Of a stretch of DNA of 32,628 nucleotides, positions 12,000 through 21,666 are shown piece by piece. How positions within the stretch are numbered: the first letter of the stretch is position 1; every line of letters starts with the position of its first letter. The notes beneath the pieces are model-generated. The model ran no database searches. It saw nothing but the letters and a program-made list of their open reading frames with translations, and was not told where the DNA came from. The position numbers and the translations under genes were made by a program. This DNA comes from Octopus sinensis. Its lineage: Eukaryota. The stretch covers positions 1-32,628 of the forward strand of contig NW_021832766.1 in the NCBI RefSeq assembly GCF_006345805.1. The letters run 5' to 3'.

Positions 12000-12978
12000 A
12001 ATCGGTTGGGCTGGTGCTTATCTTTATTACTAATATAGATAATTGCATAATAATAAAACCTCAGCTGAATATAACGACAATCTGTTACTGGTTAATTTTC
12101 TTTCCCACAGAGGATTTGAACTCAGCACTGTAAGTTACCAATTCACTTGTCAAGGACATAGAAAGTTATATCGCCAAACTGCACCTACGTAGAGCTAGAT
12201 GTACTAGGTGATAGATTGTTAAGGATCTTGTCCAAGAGTGTAATTCTGTAACGGAGACAGGATCCGAAATGCCGCCGAAATTTCTTCTTCTTGTCAAGCG
12301 GTATATCGATTTCCTTGTTTGCAATCTCCGAGAAGACAGAAACTAAATGAAAACTAAAGCTGAGTGTAGCTTTTACACATTTTCCCATCCGTAAGTCTTT
12401 TGTTTGCTTAACAGAATTATATTCTCAGCCTACTTGATATCGCTAACGCTTTTCTTGGAAATTGGTATGGAATATGTTTATGAATCTAAAATTAGGGATT
12501 ATAAAGTTGTTACGTAGACAGTATTCCGGCAACGCAAGTGAAATGGAAATTTATGAAGAACAAATCCCTACCAAACAAAGAGATTGAAACGTACTAAATG
12601 TATATAAAGAAATACGGCGATATCAAAGCCATCGGCTAATTGAAAGCAAATGGAATGCAAACAACGGCTGCAAACAGACAGAAAACAATGGCTGAAGACA
12701 GTAAGAATAGCAACGGAAGTAACAAGCTGATAGGGGAGCCTCTACGTGGTTTTAGATTTGCTAGAAAAATAGCTAAATCTCTCTCTAAACACACTAGCTT
12801 TTAAATAAGCAATAAAAATATATAAATAGAATAAAATAGAGAGAGAGAGAGAGTGTACATTGGGTAATGTAAATCAAGATACGTAACATAGTGTATGAAG
12901 AAAGAGATCATACAGTTATGGTTAGATATCAGTGTTGTTATAGGCCTGCTCGATCAATAAAACAACAGCAACAAAAGT

Positions 12979-13368
12979 GGAGGCGCAATGGCCCAGTGGT
13001 TAGGGCAGCGGATTCGCGGTCGGAGGATCGCGGTTTCGATTCCCAGACTGGGCGTTGTGTGTGTTTATTGAGCGAAAAGAACCTAAAGCTCCACGAGGCT
13101 CCGGCGGGGAGGGGTGGGTGGGAGGGCGACCCCTGTTGTACTCTTTCGCCCCAACTTTCTCTTACTCTTTCTTCCTGTTTCTTGTCCTCGGCTTCCTACG
13201 CAACTGCTGAGCCTGGATGCGCATTCATCCATCCGTCGATGCTCTCGGTGTCGGGAGTTTACCTGCTTTCTCTTCTGCGGGTCTTACGAATAGCAAAGGA
13301 CCATGTTTCGGACTTCTCCCACTACAGAGGCGCGATCTTACGAGCTCTGGGACGGAGACCGTTCGCTC
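12979..13368 (+). mobile_element. tRNA-Arg-headed SINE (OR-like) with an alternative 3' half
   Basis: Head GGAGGCGCAATGGCCCAGTGGTTAGGGCAGCGG...GGTTTCGATTCCC matches the 30220-30704 copy to about 13160, then diverges entirely. Flanked by CAA/CAG-rich sequence. Confidence 0.85.
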
Positions 13369-13462
13369 AACAGCAACAGCATCAATAGCAACAGCAACAA
13401 CAATAATTATAACGGCGACAACGACGATGACGACGACGACGATGATGATGATGATGATGATT
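13369..13462. repeat. (CAA/CAG)n to (GAC/GAT)n triplet tract
   Basis: Direct inspection. Confidence 0.85.
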
Positions 13463-13737
13463 ACTTTATTTGCCACGGAAGCTTATGTAGACAAATAAAA
13501 GAAATGATAAAACACGCATCACAAAAGCAAGCGAAATGGGCGGAAAGCAAAGTTCATATAAAACATTAAATATTTAAAACAAGAGTAACTGAAACAAACA
13601 AACAAACGAACAAACAAAAATCCCCTGAAAAACAAATGAGCGACCCACGGAGACACTGGTGAACAACTTTGTGTTGCGAGCAATTTTGTGGTCAAATAGT
13701 CAAGAAAATGACCACTTCTTGGTAACGATTTATGTTA

Positions 13738-13965
13738 TTTCCAAATTTTGGTACAGGCCAGCACTTTTGAGGGAGGGCATAAGTTAATTAAATCGACCCT
13801 ACTGCTCAACTAGTATTTATATTATCGACCACGTAAGGATGGAAAGCAAAGTCAACTTGGTTGGCCCGAGGTTATAGTAGAAGATACTTGCCCAAGTTCC
13901 ACACAGTAGGAATGAACCCGGAACCATGTGGTTGGTAAGCAAGCTACTTACCACACAGCCACTCC
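13738..13965 (-). mobile_element. Chimeric SINE: head of the 26946-27369 family fused to body and tail of the major SINE
   Basis: 13862-13965 matches 27265-27369. 13738-13858 matches the TCGACC...AAGGATG-AAAGCAAAGTC body and type-B tail. Confidence 0.75.
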
Positions 13966-14410
13966 TTTTTAGTTACTCTATCTTAAATACGTTTCATTAG
14001 CAATTATCACTTACAGTTATATAATCAACATTTATTGTCTACAAGTGTGTTTAAATATGTTTATATATATATATACGTATATGTATGCATACATCTATCA
14101 ATCAATCTATCTATCTACCTATCTAAGAGACAACGAGAGGTAAGGCGACTTACTCATGTGTTCATTTTCGAACTGTCTGAGGTGACCTTGGTTTTTTTGT
14201 AGGTTTTTCTTTCCAAGGCTACACCTAAACTGTGAACTTTATATATATATATTACTTTTTTATACATCACAGAACCCACAGATCCCTATTGATCGAACGT
14301 TTTTTCTTTGTGTGTCCCACCCATCCCACCTCGAAAAGAAAAAAACTCTACATTGTATTTCGTCCATTTTTATTCTGTGTTTAGCCCTGTGTTGCCATAA
14401 TAAAAAGTTA

Positions 14411-14414
14411 TCTG

Positions 14415-14495
<81 letters not shown>
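14411..14495. repeat. (TATC)n microsatellite
   Basis: Direct inspection. Confidence 0.95.
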
Positions 14496-15035
14496 GTCTG
14501 TCGGTCTGTCTTTCTGTCCTGTCTGTCTATAAGTATGTGTGGTGTTTAAGTATATGTATACCTATGTATATAAGCTTATCTTCCTCTCTTTTTCTTCACC
14601 CCCACCACCGCGTCTGCGTGCGTGTGTGTGTGTGTGTGTGCGTCAGTGTGTCTGTGTATGCGGATTGTATTTGTGTGTATACTTATATATTATTAGTGAA
14701 CGTTTATGTTTGCTCAGATAAATATATCTATGATACCCACTGGAACAGAAAACAGGCGCTCGTTGCCAAGTTTTAACGCAAGTTTTTAACGCACATCAAA
14801 GGAAAATAACAGATAAAGAAAACAAACAAAAAACAAAACAATAAAACAGCCAGATAGAAAATGACCACAACTACTTCAGAGATTGTCTGATAGCATTCTT
14901 TCTCCTGTCTGTGCTACGATAAATTCCTCTCCACTATCTGACATCCGCATCATATTCCTTCACTAGCGCTTTCGGTGCAGTCGCGAGCCATATCCGCGAT
15001 GGGAAATATTGTCATATTTTCAATCTAGTAATGTT

Positions 15036-15130
15036 AGAGCCATTTCGTCCGTCTTTACGTTCTGAGTTCAAATTCTGCCGAGGTCAGCTTTGCCTTTCAT
15101 CCTTGGGGGTCGAGAAAACAAGTCCCATTT
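15036..15130 (+). mobile_element. Major SINE fragment (B box plus core), plus orientation
   Basis: CATTTCGTCCGTCTTTACGTTCTGAGTTCAAATTCTGCCGAGGTCAGCTTTGCCTTTCATCCTTGGGGGTCGA. Confidence 0.8.
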
Positions 15131-15201
15131 AAAGATTTGGATCAATGTAATCCACTTCCGAAATTGTTCGGCCTCTACCAACGTTTCAAACCAATATTAT
15201 A

Positions 15202-15767
15202 TTGGGTTGTGCAGAAAGTTCGTGTCAATTTTTAAAGGAAAGAAAAAGGTCAATAAATACTTGCCATTAAATTTTTAATCAACCAAATATGAATCATTTT
15301 GTTGCACAATTCGTCTCCATCTTTCCTTTAACTTGAAAATACCCTCTTCCCAGAACTGAAGTGGTTTCATGGCATAGAATTCATCAAGGTATCTTTTTAC
15401 ATTATCCAAGGAATTGAAATTTTTACCATTAAGACTATTCTGCAGAGACCTGAATAAGTGGAAATCCGAAGGAGCAATATCTGGTGAATATGGAGGGTAG
15501 GGTAACACATCCCAGCCGAGCTGCAGCAATTTTTGTCTGGTTCCCAAAGAATCAAGTGCCGAAATTGAACTTTCTTATCTTCCATTTTAAAGGGTTACAG
15601 AATTAACACAGGTTATAGGAACATAAACCTTCTTCCACGAAAATAAGGCTTAAACTGTGCTCTAAATGGAGGTGTAGTCAAATCCTATTTTATGGACTGA
15701 ACCATGTTCTAAGATAAGTCGAAAGGTAAGCTACTATAAATCGGCACGAACTTTCCGGACCGCCCAA
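15202..15767 (-). mobile_element. Non-autonomous mariner deletion derivative with both TIRs and TA TSD
   Basis: Left TA|TTGGGTTGTGCAGAAAGTTCGTGTCAATTT and right AAATCGGCACGAACTTTCCGGACCGCCCAA|TA are ~30-bp imperfect inverted repeats. It encloses a transposase C-terminus. Confidence 0.92.
15275..15547 (-). pseudogene. Mariner (D,D34D-type) transposase C-terminal fragment
   Basis: TRQKLLQLGWDVLPYPPYSPDIAPSDFHLFRSLQNSLNGKNF...WEEGIFKLKERWRRIVQQNDSYLVD*, containing the YSPD(L/I)APSD signature. Confidence 0.93.
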
Positions 15768-15884
15768 TACATAGTAATGACACGTCTCTGACGATTTTAA
15801 ATGATGATTGTAGAATTCGCATTATGCAACAATTTATCACCATATGTTAATGAAACGTAGGGAAGATGGCGTAACTAAATATAA

Positions 15885-16100
15885 TGGCTTCAAATTTTTC
15901 CACAAGGGCAGTAATTTTGGTGGAGGGGATGAGTCGATTACGTGGCTCCCAGTGCTCAACTGGTGCTTATCCTATCGACCCCAAAAGGATGAAATCAAAA
16001 TCGACCTCGACGGAATTTGAACTCAGAATGTCTTTAAGACTGACGAAATGCCGCTAAGCATTTTTCCCGGCGCGCTAATGATTCTGTCAGCTCGCCACCT
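15885..16100 (-). mobile_element. Major SINE, diverged full-length monomer, tail type B
   Basis: Head ...GTCAGCTCGCCACCT, body GACCCCAAAAGGATGAAA, tail CAAATTTTTCCACAAGGGCAGTAATTTTGG. Confidence 0.8.
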
Positions 16101-16299
16101 TGGTGTAACTAAATATAAAATAAACAATCTGTCATGTTTTGTCAATATTTGGACAATCCCAAATATATATCATTATTATTTCCGCAAGTCCCGTCGTTCC
16201 CTCTTATCCATGAAACTGTATGTAGCCTACTACGATCCTTCCCATAGAGCAAATTAGCAGACCCTGCTGAACACACATACATACGTACCTCCCTCCTTT

Positions 16300-16500
16300 C
16301 CCCTCTCTCCCTATCATGATAGATCGTTAGCCACTACACACATTTTTTTCTCTCCTTGTTTTTTCTGTGTCCCTTTCTGTAGAAGAGCGTAGGCTCGAAA
16401 CGTAAAAGACTTTTTCTATTCCTGAGCGTTATACTAATACATCTGTTTGTTTTGTACACCACCTGTCTTCGTCTTTTGTTTGTTTCGTAAACTCTCCCTA
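16300..16500 (+). repeat. Probable Penelope-derived small repeat ending in (TA)n, with a hammerhead-like motif at 16373-16408
   Basis: CTTT-CTGTAGAA-GAGC gtag GCTC-GAAA-CG-TA-AAAG followed by a pyrimidine-rich tail ending ACTCTCCC(TA)n. The Penelope link is inferred from the motif only. Confidence 0.45.
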
Positions 16501-16508
16501 TATATATA

Positions 16509-16713
16509 CAGGGTAGCCCAAAAGTAGATTTACAGTTATTGAATTTCCCTTTCGCATTAACAGTTTAGATCTTAATTATATAAAAAAATATGAAACCATT
16601 ATTCTATACTAATTTAGTTAAATGTAAGATAAAAATTTATATATAATAAGATGTTTTAAAAAAAATTTAAAGTTCCTACTTGATAACTGTAAACCTACAT
16701 TTGGGCCACCCTG
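16509..16713. mobile_element. Tc1/mariner-type MITE (~205 bp)
   Basis: ~32-bp TIRs CAGGGT(A/G)GCCCAAA(A/T)GTAG(A/G)TTTACAGTTAT, TA on both sides, AT-rich non-coding interior. Confidence 0.9.
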
Positions 16714-16898
16714 TATGTATTCGTTTTACGTCTAGATCGCTTATATTCAACACATCCTCGCAGACTTTGATTTAGAGCAAGCCTCATGGGAATCTGTACA
16801 CATTATAAATCGGTTGAAAAATTCAGAAATGTGGTGTATTTACACAAAGAATCAGAAATCTTTGCTTTATATTTTTCCTGTATATTTATTTCACATAG

Positions 16899-16984
16899 AT
16901 GTTGATAATAACGCCATAGTCTTATTTGTTGTTGACCACTCTCGGGAAATAAATCACTTCATTGGAGGACTTAAAATTTTTATT
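16899..16984 (+). CDS. Candidate internal coding exon of an unidentified gene (phase 1 to phase 0): xVDNNAIVLFVVDHSREINHFIGGLKIFI
   Basis: Pyrimidine-rich acceptor TTTATTTCACATAG, canonical donor GTAAGT, open frame with protein-like composition, unique sequence. Confidence 0.6.
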
Positions 16985-17054
16985 GTAAGTTTCATGCACA
17001 TTTAAATAGCTCAGAAGCACTCAGACACCGATGTATGTATATATGTATGTATGC

Positions 17055-17058
<4 letters not shown>

Positions 17059-17132
<74 letters not shown>
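17059..17132. repeat. (TA)n microsatellite
   Basis: Direct inspection. Confidence 0.95.
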
Positions 17133-17148
<16 letters not shown>

Positions 17149-17989
17149 ATACATGTACACACACTTACACATACACACGTCCTTTTAGCTTTCTCTCACA
17201 CACAATTTTCGCTTTGTCTCTGTTTTAATTTCCTATTTCTTGTGGATATGATAGCTTACTAATATTAATGTTAGCTTCGTGCCAAGAAATAACGACGAAA
17301 AGTATTATTTTACGTATGAAAACTTTCATCGTGAAATCCATTCTATATAAAAAGTCTATCTACTTTTGGTGACAACTGTTTGGACGAACATTTGATAAAT
17401 CTTTCCAAAAGTCATGAAACCGAATAGCATTTAAGATGACAGAAAGAAATTCTACATTGGTAATGGAATATGTTAAAATCATTTTTCTTGCCTCAATAAA
17501 AATTGAAAATAAGCTGGCACTTATCTTCAGTTTGGTTAACTTTAATCGGATGAGAAATATATTCTGTTTAAATGGCTTTTTAGTTTCTAGCTTCAGTTTC
17601 TTATTCTCACTCACAGAAAGGATTCACATCGTCCAGAATTCGTAACTTAAGAAATAATTTACGTTTCTTTGCAGTCGATAAAAAAGAACACCCACGATCA
17701 TCTATTATTACAAAAATCTTTTATAGATTTCTCATTTACATCCCAAACCCAGTAGGATACTAAAAATACAGAAGATAGTTTATAGTAGAATATATTTTTT
17801 TATTGTGAAATTTGTTTTACTTTTTCGCGTCCTTCCAGCAGGTCGACTTCGTAGTAAAACGTATCTATCTGAAATTCGGTTGAGTTTGTAAATCGTAATA
17901 CGAAAATGATATCGTCATTTTCACCAATAATTCATGCTTCGCAATGAAAGCAAATAATCTAAAATGTATAAGCACTGAAGGTAGGGGCC

Positions 17990-18235
17990 GAAGGTGGCAG
18001 AATTATTAGATCCATAGAAAACGAAAGCAGGAAAAAAAGAAAACGTTTTGTGGTGTTTGGTTGCGTCCTTTTAGATTCTTTTTGGTTCAAATATCACCAA
18101 CGTCTACTTTGTTTTCCTTCCGGCATCGCTAAAATAAACTCGGAATCATTGGCCTCTAGCTTACCGTGCTCTTCCACAAAATGTGTGGTCCTGTTACATT
18201 TGGTATCATTATTAAGAGAAAGTATAAGTAAGTTA
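17990..18235 (+). mobile_element. Highly diverged major SINE copy
   Basis: GAAGGTGGCAGAATTATTAG head, GGTTCAAATATCACCAACGTCTACTTTG B box/body and a degenerate type-B tail. Confidence 0.55.
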
Positions 18236-18283
18236 AGTTCAAAATTTTTCATTGTTGTGGTTCATATCTTTCACACACACACA

Positions 18284-18343
<60 letters not shown>

Positions 18344-18492
18344 TAAAGCGGGCCTGTAGGAGAAAGGGCAGATCATTGAAGGAGTCGCGAATGGCGACGA
18401 AAAGTCTTTTACAAAACTAGCTGATTGATTAAATGAACGAACGAGTAATCAAACAACAAATTAATTAATTGTTTAAATGTTGACTAATGATA

Positions 18493-18998
18493 ATCCTTTC
18501 TATTATAGGGATAAGGTCTGAAATTCTTGGTGAGGGAAAAAATCGATTATATCGACCCCAGTGTTTCGAAAGGATGAACACAGAGAGGACAAACAAGGAT
18601 AGTCAAAGGGATTAAGTCGATTACATCGACCCCAGTGCATAACTGGTACTTATTTAATCGACCCCGAAAGGATGAAAGGCAAAGTTAACCTCGGCGCCCG
18701 AAAGGATGAAAGGCAAAGTCAACCTCGGCGGATTTGAACTCACAACGTAACGGCAGACGAAATACCTATTTCTTTATTACCCACAAGGGGCTAAATACAG
18801 AGAGGACAAACAAGGACAGACAAACGGATTAAGTCGATTACATCGACCCCAGTGCGTAACTGGTACGTATTTAATCGATCTCGAAAGGGTGAAAGGCAAA
18901 GTCGACATCGGTTGGAATTCGAACCCAGAACGTAACGGCAGACGAAATACCGCTAAGCATTTTACTCGGTTGGCTAATGATTCTACCAGCTCGCCGTC
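18493..18998 (-). mobile_element. Composite multimer of the major SINE with an internal 34-bp tandem duplication
   Basis: Type-B tail at the left end, type-A units inside, junction at 18765|18766. CCCGAAAGGATGAAAGGCAAAGT(T/C)AACCTCGGCG occurs twice at 18663-18730. Confidence 0.85.
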
Positions 18999-19004
18999 TT
19001 ATAT

Positions 19005-19005
<1 letters not shown>

Positions 19006-19065
<60 letters not shown>

Positions 19066-19097
19066 TAATAATGATAATAATAATAATAATAATAATG

Positions 19098-19157
<60 letters not shown>

Positions 19158-19171
19158 TAATAATAATAATA

Positions 19172-19240
<69 letters not shown>
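19006..19240. repeat. (AAT)n microsatellite
   Basis: Direct inspection; source of the poly-N/I/Y/L ORFs. Confidence 0.97.
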
Positions 19241-19241
<1 letters not shown>

Positions 19242-19865
19242 GAAATGAAATAGGACCAGTGTGTGTGTGTGTGTGTTTATTGTTGATATAATAACCTTCC
19301 CGTGATACAACAAAATCTGTTTTAACATACGAGTTCATATTAAGAATCTTAAGAACGAAATACGAAAATGAAATCTAGTTTATGATATCTATCGAAAATC
19401 GAAAGCAAGAAATTCAAATCCCGTTGCAATGTCAGCTCTTGAGAAAGGACCCTATTCCTCGCATTTTTGTGGTTTGATCTACATAATATAATTCAATCAG
19501 TATAGTTTTCAGTTGCCTGCTGGTGCTGATCAAATACATTATTTAACTGGTTCTTGTTATCTTTCTTTTTATCTGAACTCTTGTATCTCTATGTCTACAT
19601 TCTGATTTTTCAGATATAGGTTCAAAGAAATAGTTTCTTAGTAACCATTTCTTCTTAAGAAACATCAAATTACTTTATTAAATAAAATCTGATTCACAGC
19701 TTTTAATAACAAATCCACTGTATCCAAACGGCTACAGTGAATATTCTAATTAATTAGAGATGTGTTCCTATCTATTATGTTGTGAGTCAGGAATAACAGG
19801 GCAGAATAAAGACTGCAGAGGATATAAAAAGGAAATCTTTATCGCAACTACGTTACTGAGATATC

Positions 19866-20090
19866 GGTTTCAAATTTTGGCACAAGGCCAGTAATTTCGG
19901 GGGACGATGTAAGTCGATTACATCGAACCCCCCCCCCCCCAGTGTTCAAATAGTACTTATTTTATCGATACCGAAAGGATGAATGGCAAAGTCGACCTCG
20001 GCGGGATTAGAACTCTGAACGCAAAAACGGACAAAATGTCGCTAAGCGCTTTCCTCAGTGTGCTAAAAATTCTACCAAGCTCGCCGCCTT
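19866..20090 (-). mobile_element. Major SINE monomer, tail type B, internal poly-C expansion
   Basis: Body GAAAGGATGAATGGCAAAGTCGACCTCGGCGG, head ...AGCTCGCCGCCTT, C-run at 19928-19940. Confidence 0.8.
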
Positions 20091-20323
20091 AATTTTACTG
20101 AAATATCAAAGTATTTTCTTTATGTTTTTCAGTTTGATTATACAATATTATGCAATCGGGAGGGCCAATTGTTTGCACGAATTGTTCTAGCCTTTTGTAT
20201 TAAAAGTTCAAATGCTATCAAGTTCATCTTGGTTTTCCGATTTTTCGTTGTCGATAAATAAATTATCAATGAACTACTTGAACATTTTTCTCCTCATCTC
20301 CTTCTCGCTCTGTCTCTTCGCAG

Positions 20324-20386
20324 GTTATAGCAGATGAGTCATTGCGATACTTGGCCCCAAGAAATGGGAGGGAGGTCGAATTAGGG
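20324..20386 (+). CDS. Candidate coding exon (phase 0 to phase 0): VIADESLRYLAPRNGREVELG
   Basis: Strong acceptor TTTTTCTCCTCATCTCCTTCTCGCTCTGTCTCTTCGCAG. Only phase 0 is open. Donor GGG|GTTAGC is moderate. In phase with the exons on both sides. Confidence 0.55.
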
Positions 20387-20517
20387 GTTAGCAACGTTAC
20401 ATGAATTGTCCACAGAAAACAGAGTTGGTGGGAATGGAGGGAATGGTGATCTATACAGAATAATTTAAACATAAATATACTATCGCTATTAACATCATTT
20501 TTTCCCTGCATTGACAG

Positions 20518-20585
<68 letters not shown>

Positions 20586-20874
20586 TACACAAACATACAC
20601 ATGCCATATACACACTTATATATGTATACATACATACACACACATATATATATATACATATATATATAGAGAGAGACAGAGAGAGAGAGATAAAGATATA
20701 GATAAGATTATTTGTTAGATTACAAAAGTGTTCACTAAGGAAGAAACTCTGAAGTCGAGAGAGAGGGAGAGAGAAAGACAGACAGAGAAAGTGAAAGTGA
20801 AAGAGTGAGGAGAGAAAGAAACAAAGGGTGAAAGAGTGAGAGAAAGGGTTGTCAAGTACGTTTTTTTTTTCTAG

Positions 20875-21075
20875 GAGACTGGTGTAGCAAATACACCACA
20901 GGATGGAATAAACGGTATAAAAAGCTATAGCAGGGAGGCAACTTTTGCAGACGAGAAAGAAAGAGGGACCGAAGGTGGCATTGCAATTGAAAAAAGAGAC
21001 CCGAGACAGGAAACGAAAGAAAGAAAGAAAGAAAGGAAAAGTAAGAAAGAAAAAGAGCGAGAAAGCGAGAATTGA
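20875..21075 (+). CDS. Candidate terminal coding exon: ETGVANTPQDGINGIKSYSREATFADEKERGTEGGIAIEKRDPRQETKERKKERKSKKEKERESEN*
   Basis: T10-CTAG acceptor, 66 open codons in phase 0, TGA stop, then unique sequence with AATAAA. The last third is purine low-complexity. Confidence 0.45.
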   Translation, partial: ETGVANTPQDGINGIKSYSREATFADEKERGTEGGIAIEKRDPRQETKERKKERKSKKEKERESEN

Positions 21076-21294
21076 AACAGCGGAGCTCTCACAGTATATA
21101 TCTAATCCGGCATTGTATTTCGAATGAACAGTCCACAATGGTATAAGAAAATTCTTTGGAATGCATGACATAATAACACATAAACAGCTGGATGAAGGTG
21201 TGGTAATTTCCCGCCAATTCTAACACTGACAATGAAAGAATGCTGGTGGTCCATTCTTCAACCGGAACATGCAACGAAACTAACAAATGTCTTT

Positions 21295-21300
21295 AATAAA
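21295..21300 (+). terminator. Candidate polyadenylation signal AATAAA
   Basis: 220 bp after the candidate stop; a second AATAAA is at 21441-21446. The motif is common in AT-rich DNA. Confidence 0.3.
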
Positions 21301-21622
21301 AGAGAACACAAAGTTTGATGCAGTACAATATAATTCGTGTCAAATGTTACAAAAGTGTAAATATAATCGACACTGATTCACATTTGGTCTTTCTTTCCTT
21401 TCTCTCGGACGAAAATATTAAAATATCTTCAATTATTCATAATAAATTTTTTGCGATAAATTTTTGAAGGAAGTTAGTGGTTGAATTGCATAAATATTTT
21501 TGGGAAAAAAAAGGGGATTCGTTTAAAGACTATATTCCATTTTACTACTTGAAAACGAAGAAAGGAAGACAAGAACAAACATCTTGATGTTGATGCAGGT
21601 ATTGTGGGTGTTCATCATTTTC

Positions 21623-21623
<1 letters not shown>

Positions 21624-21666
<43 letters not shown>

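Noticed and set aside
12979-13055. tRNA-Arg gene (also the heads at 4850-4924 and 30630-30704)
   Set aside because: A and B boxes are present but acceptor and T stems do not close, and each continues into a SINE body.
12891-13388. 165-aa ORF, and the related ORFs at 1141-1467 and 30366-30695
   Set aside because: They lie within SINE bodies; the similarity between them reflects SINE homology.
17617-17763. Possible extra exon (KGFTSSRIRNLRNNLRFFAVDKKEHPRSS...) after a good acceptor
   Set aside because: The frame is open for 48 codons but the donors are weak and the peptide is unrecognised; expected by chance given the number of acceptors scanned. Worth rechecking with RNA-seq.
18871-19338. 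Poly-N/I/Y/L ORFs, and similar YI/CV/HT-repeat ORFs throughout the window
   Set aside because: Microsatellite translation artefacts.
20266-21171. Longest ORF (301 aa, minus strand)
   Set aside because: Stitched from CT, TA and TC low-complexity tracts, starts at a non-ATG codon, and is antisense to better-supported plus-strand exons.
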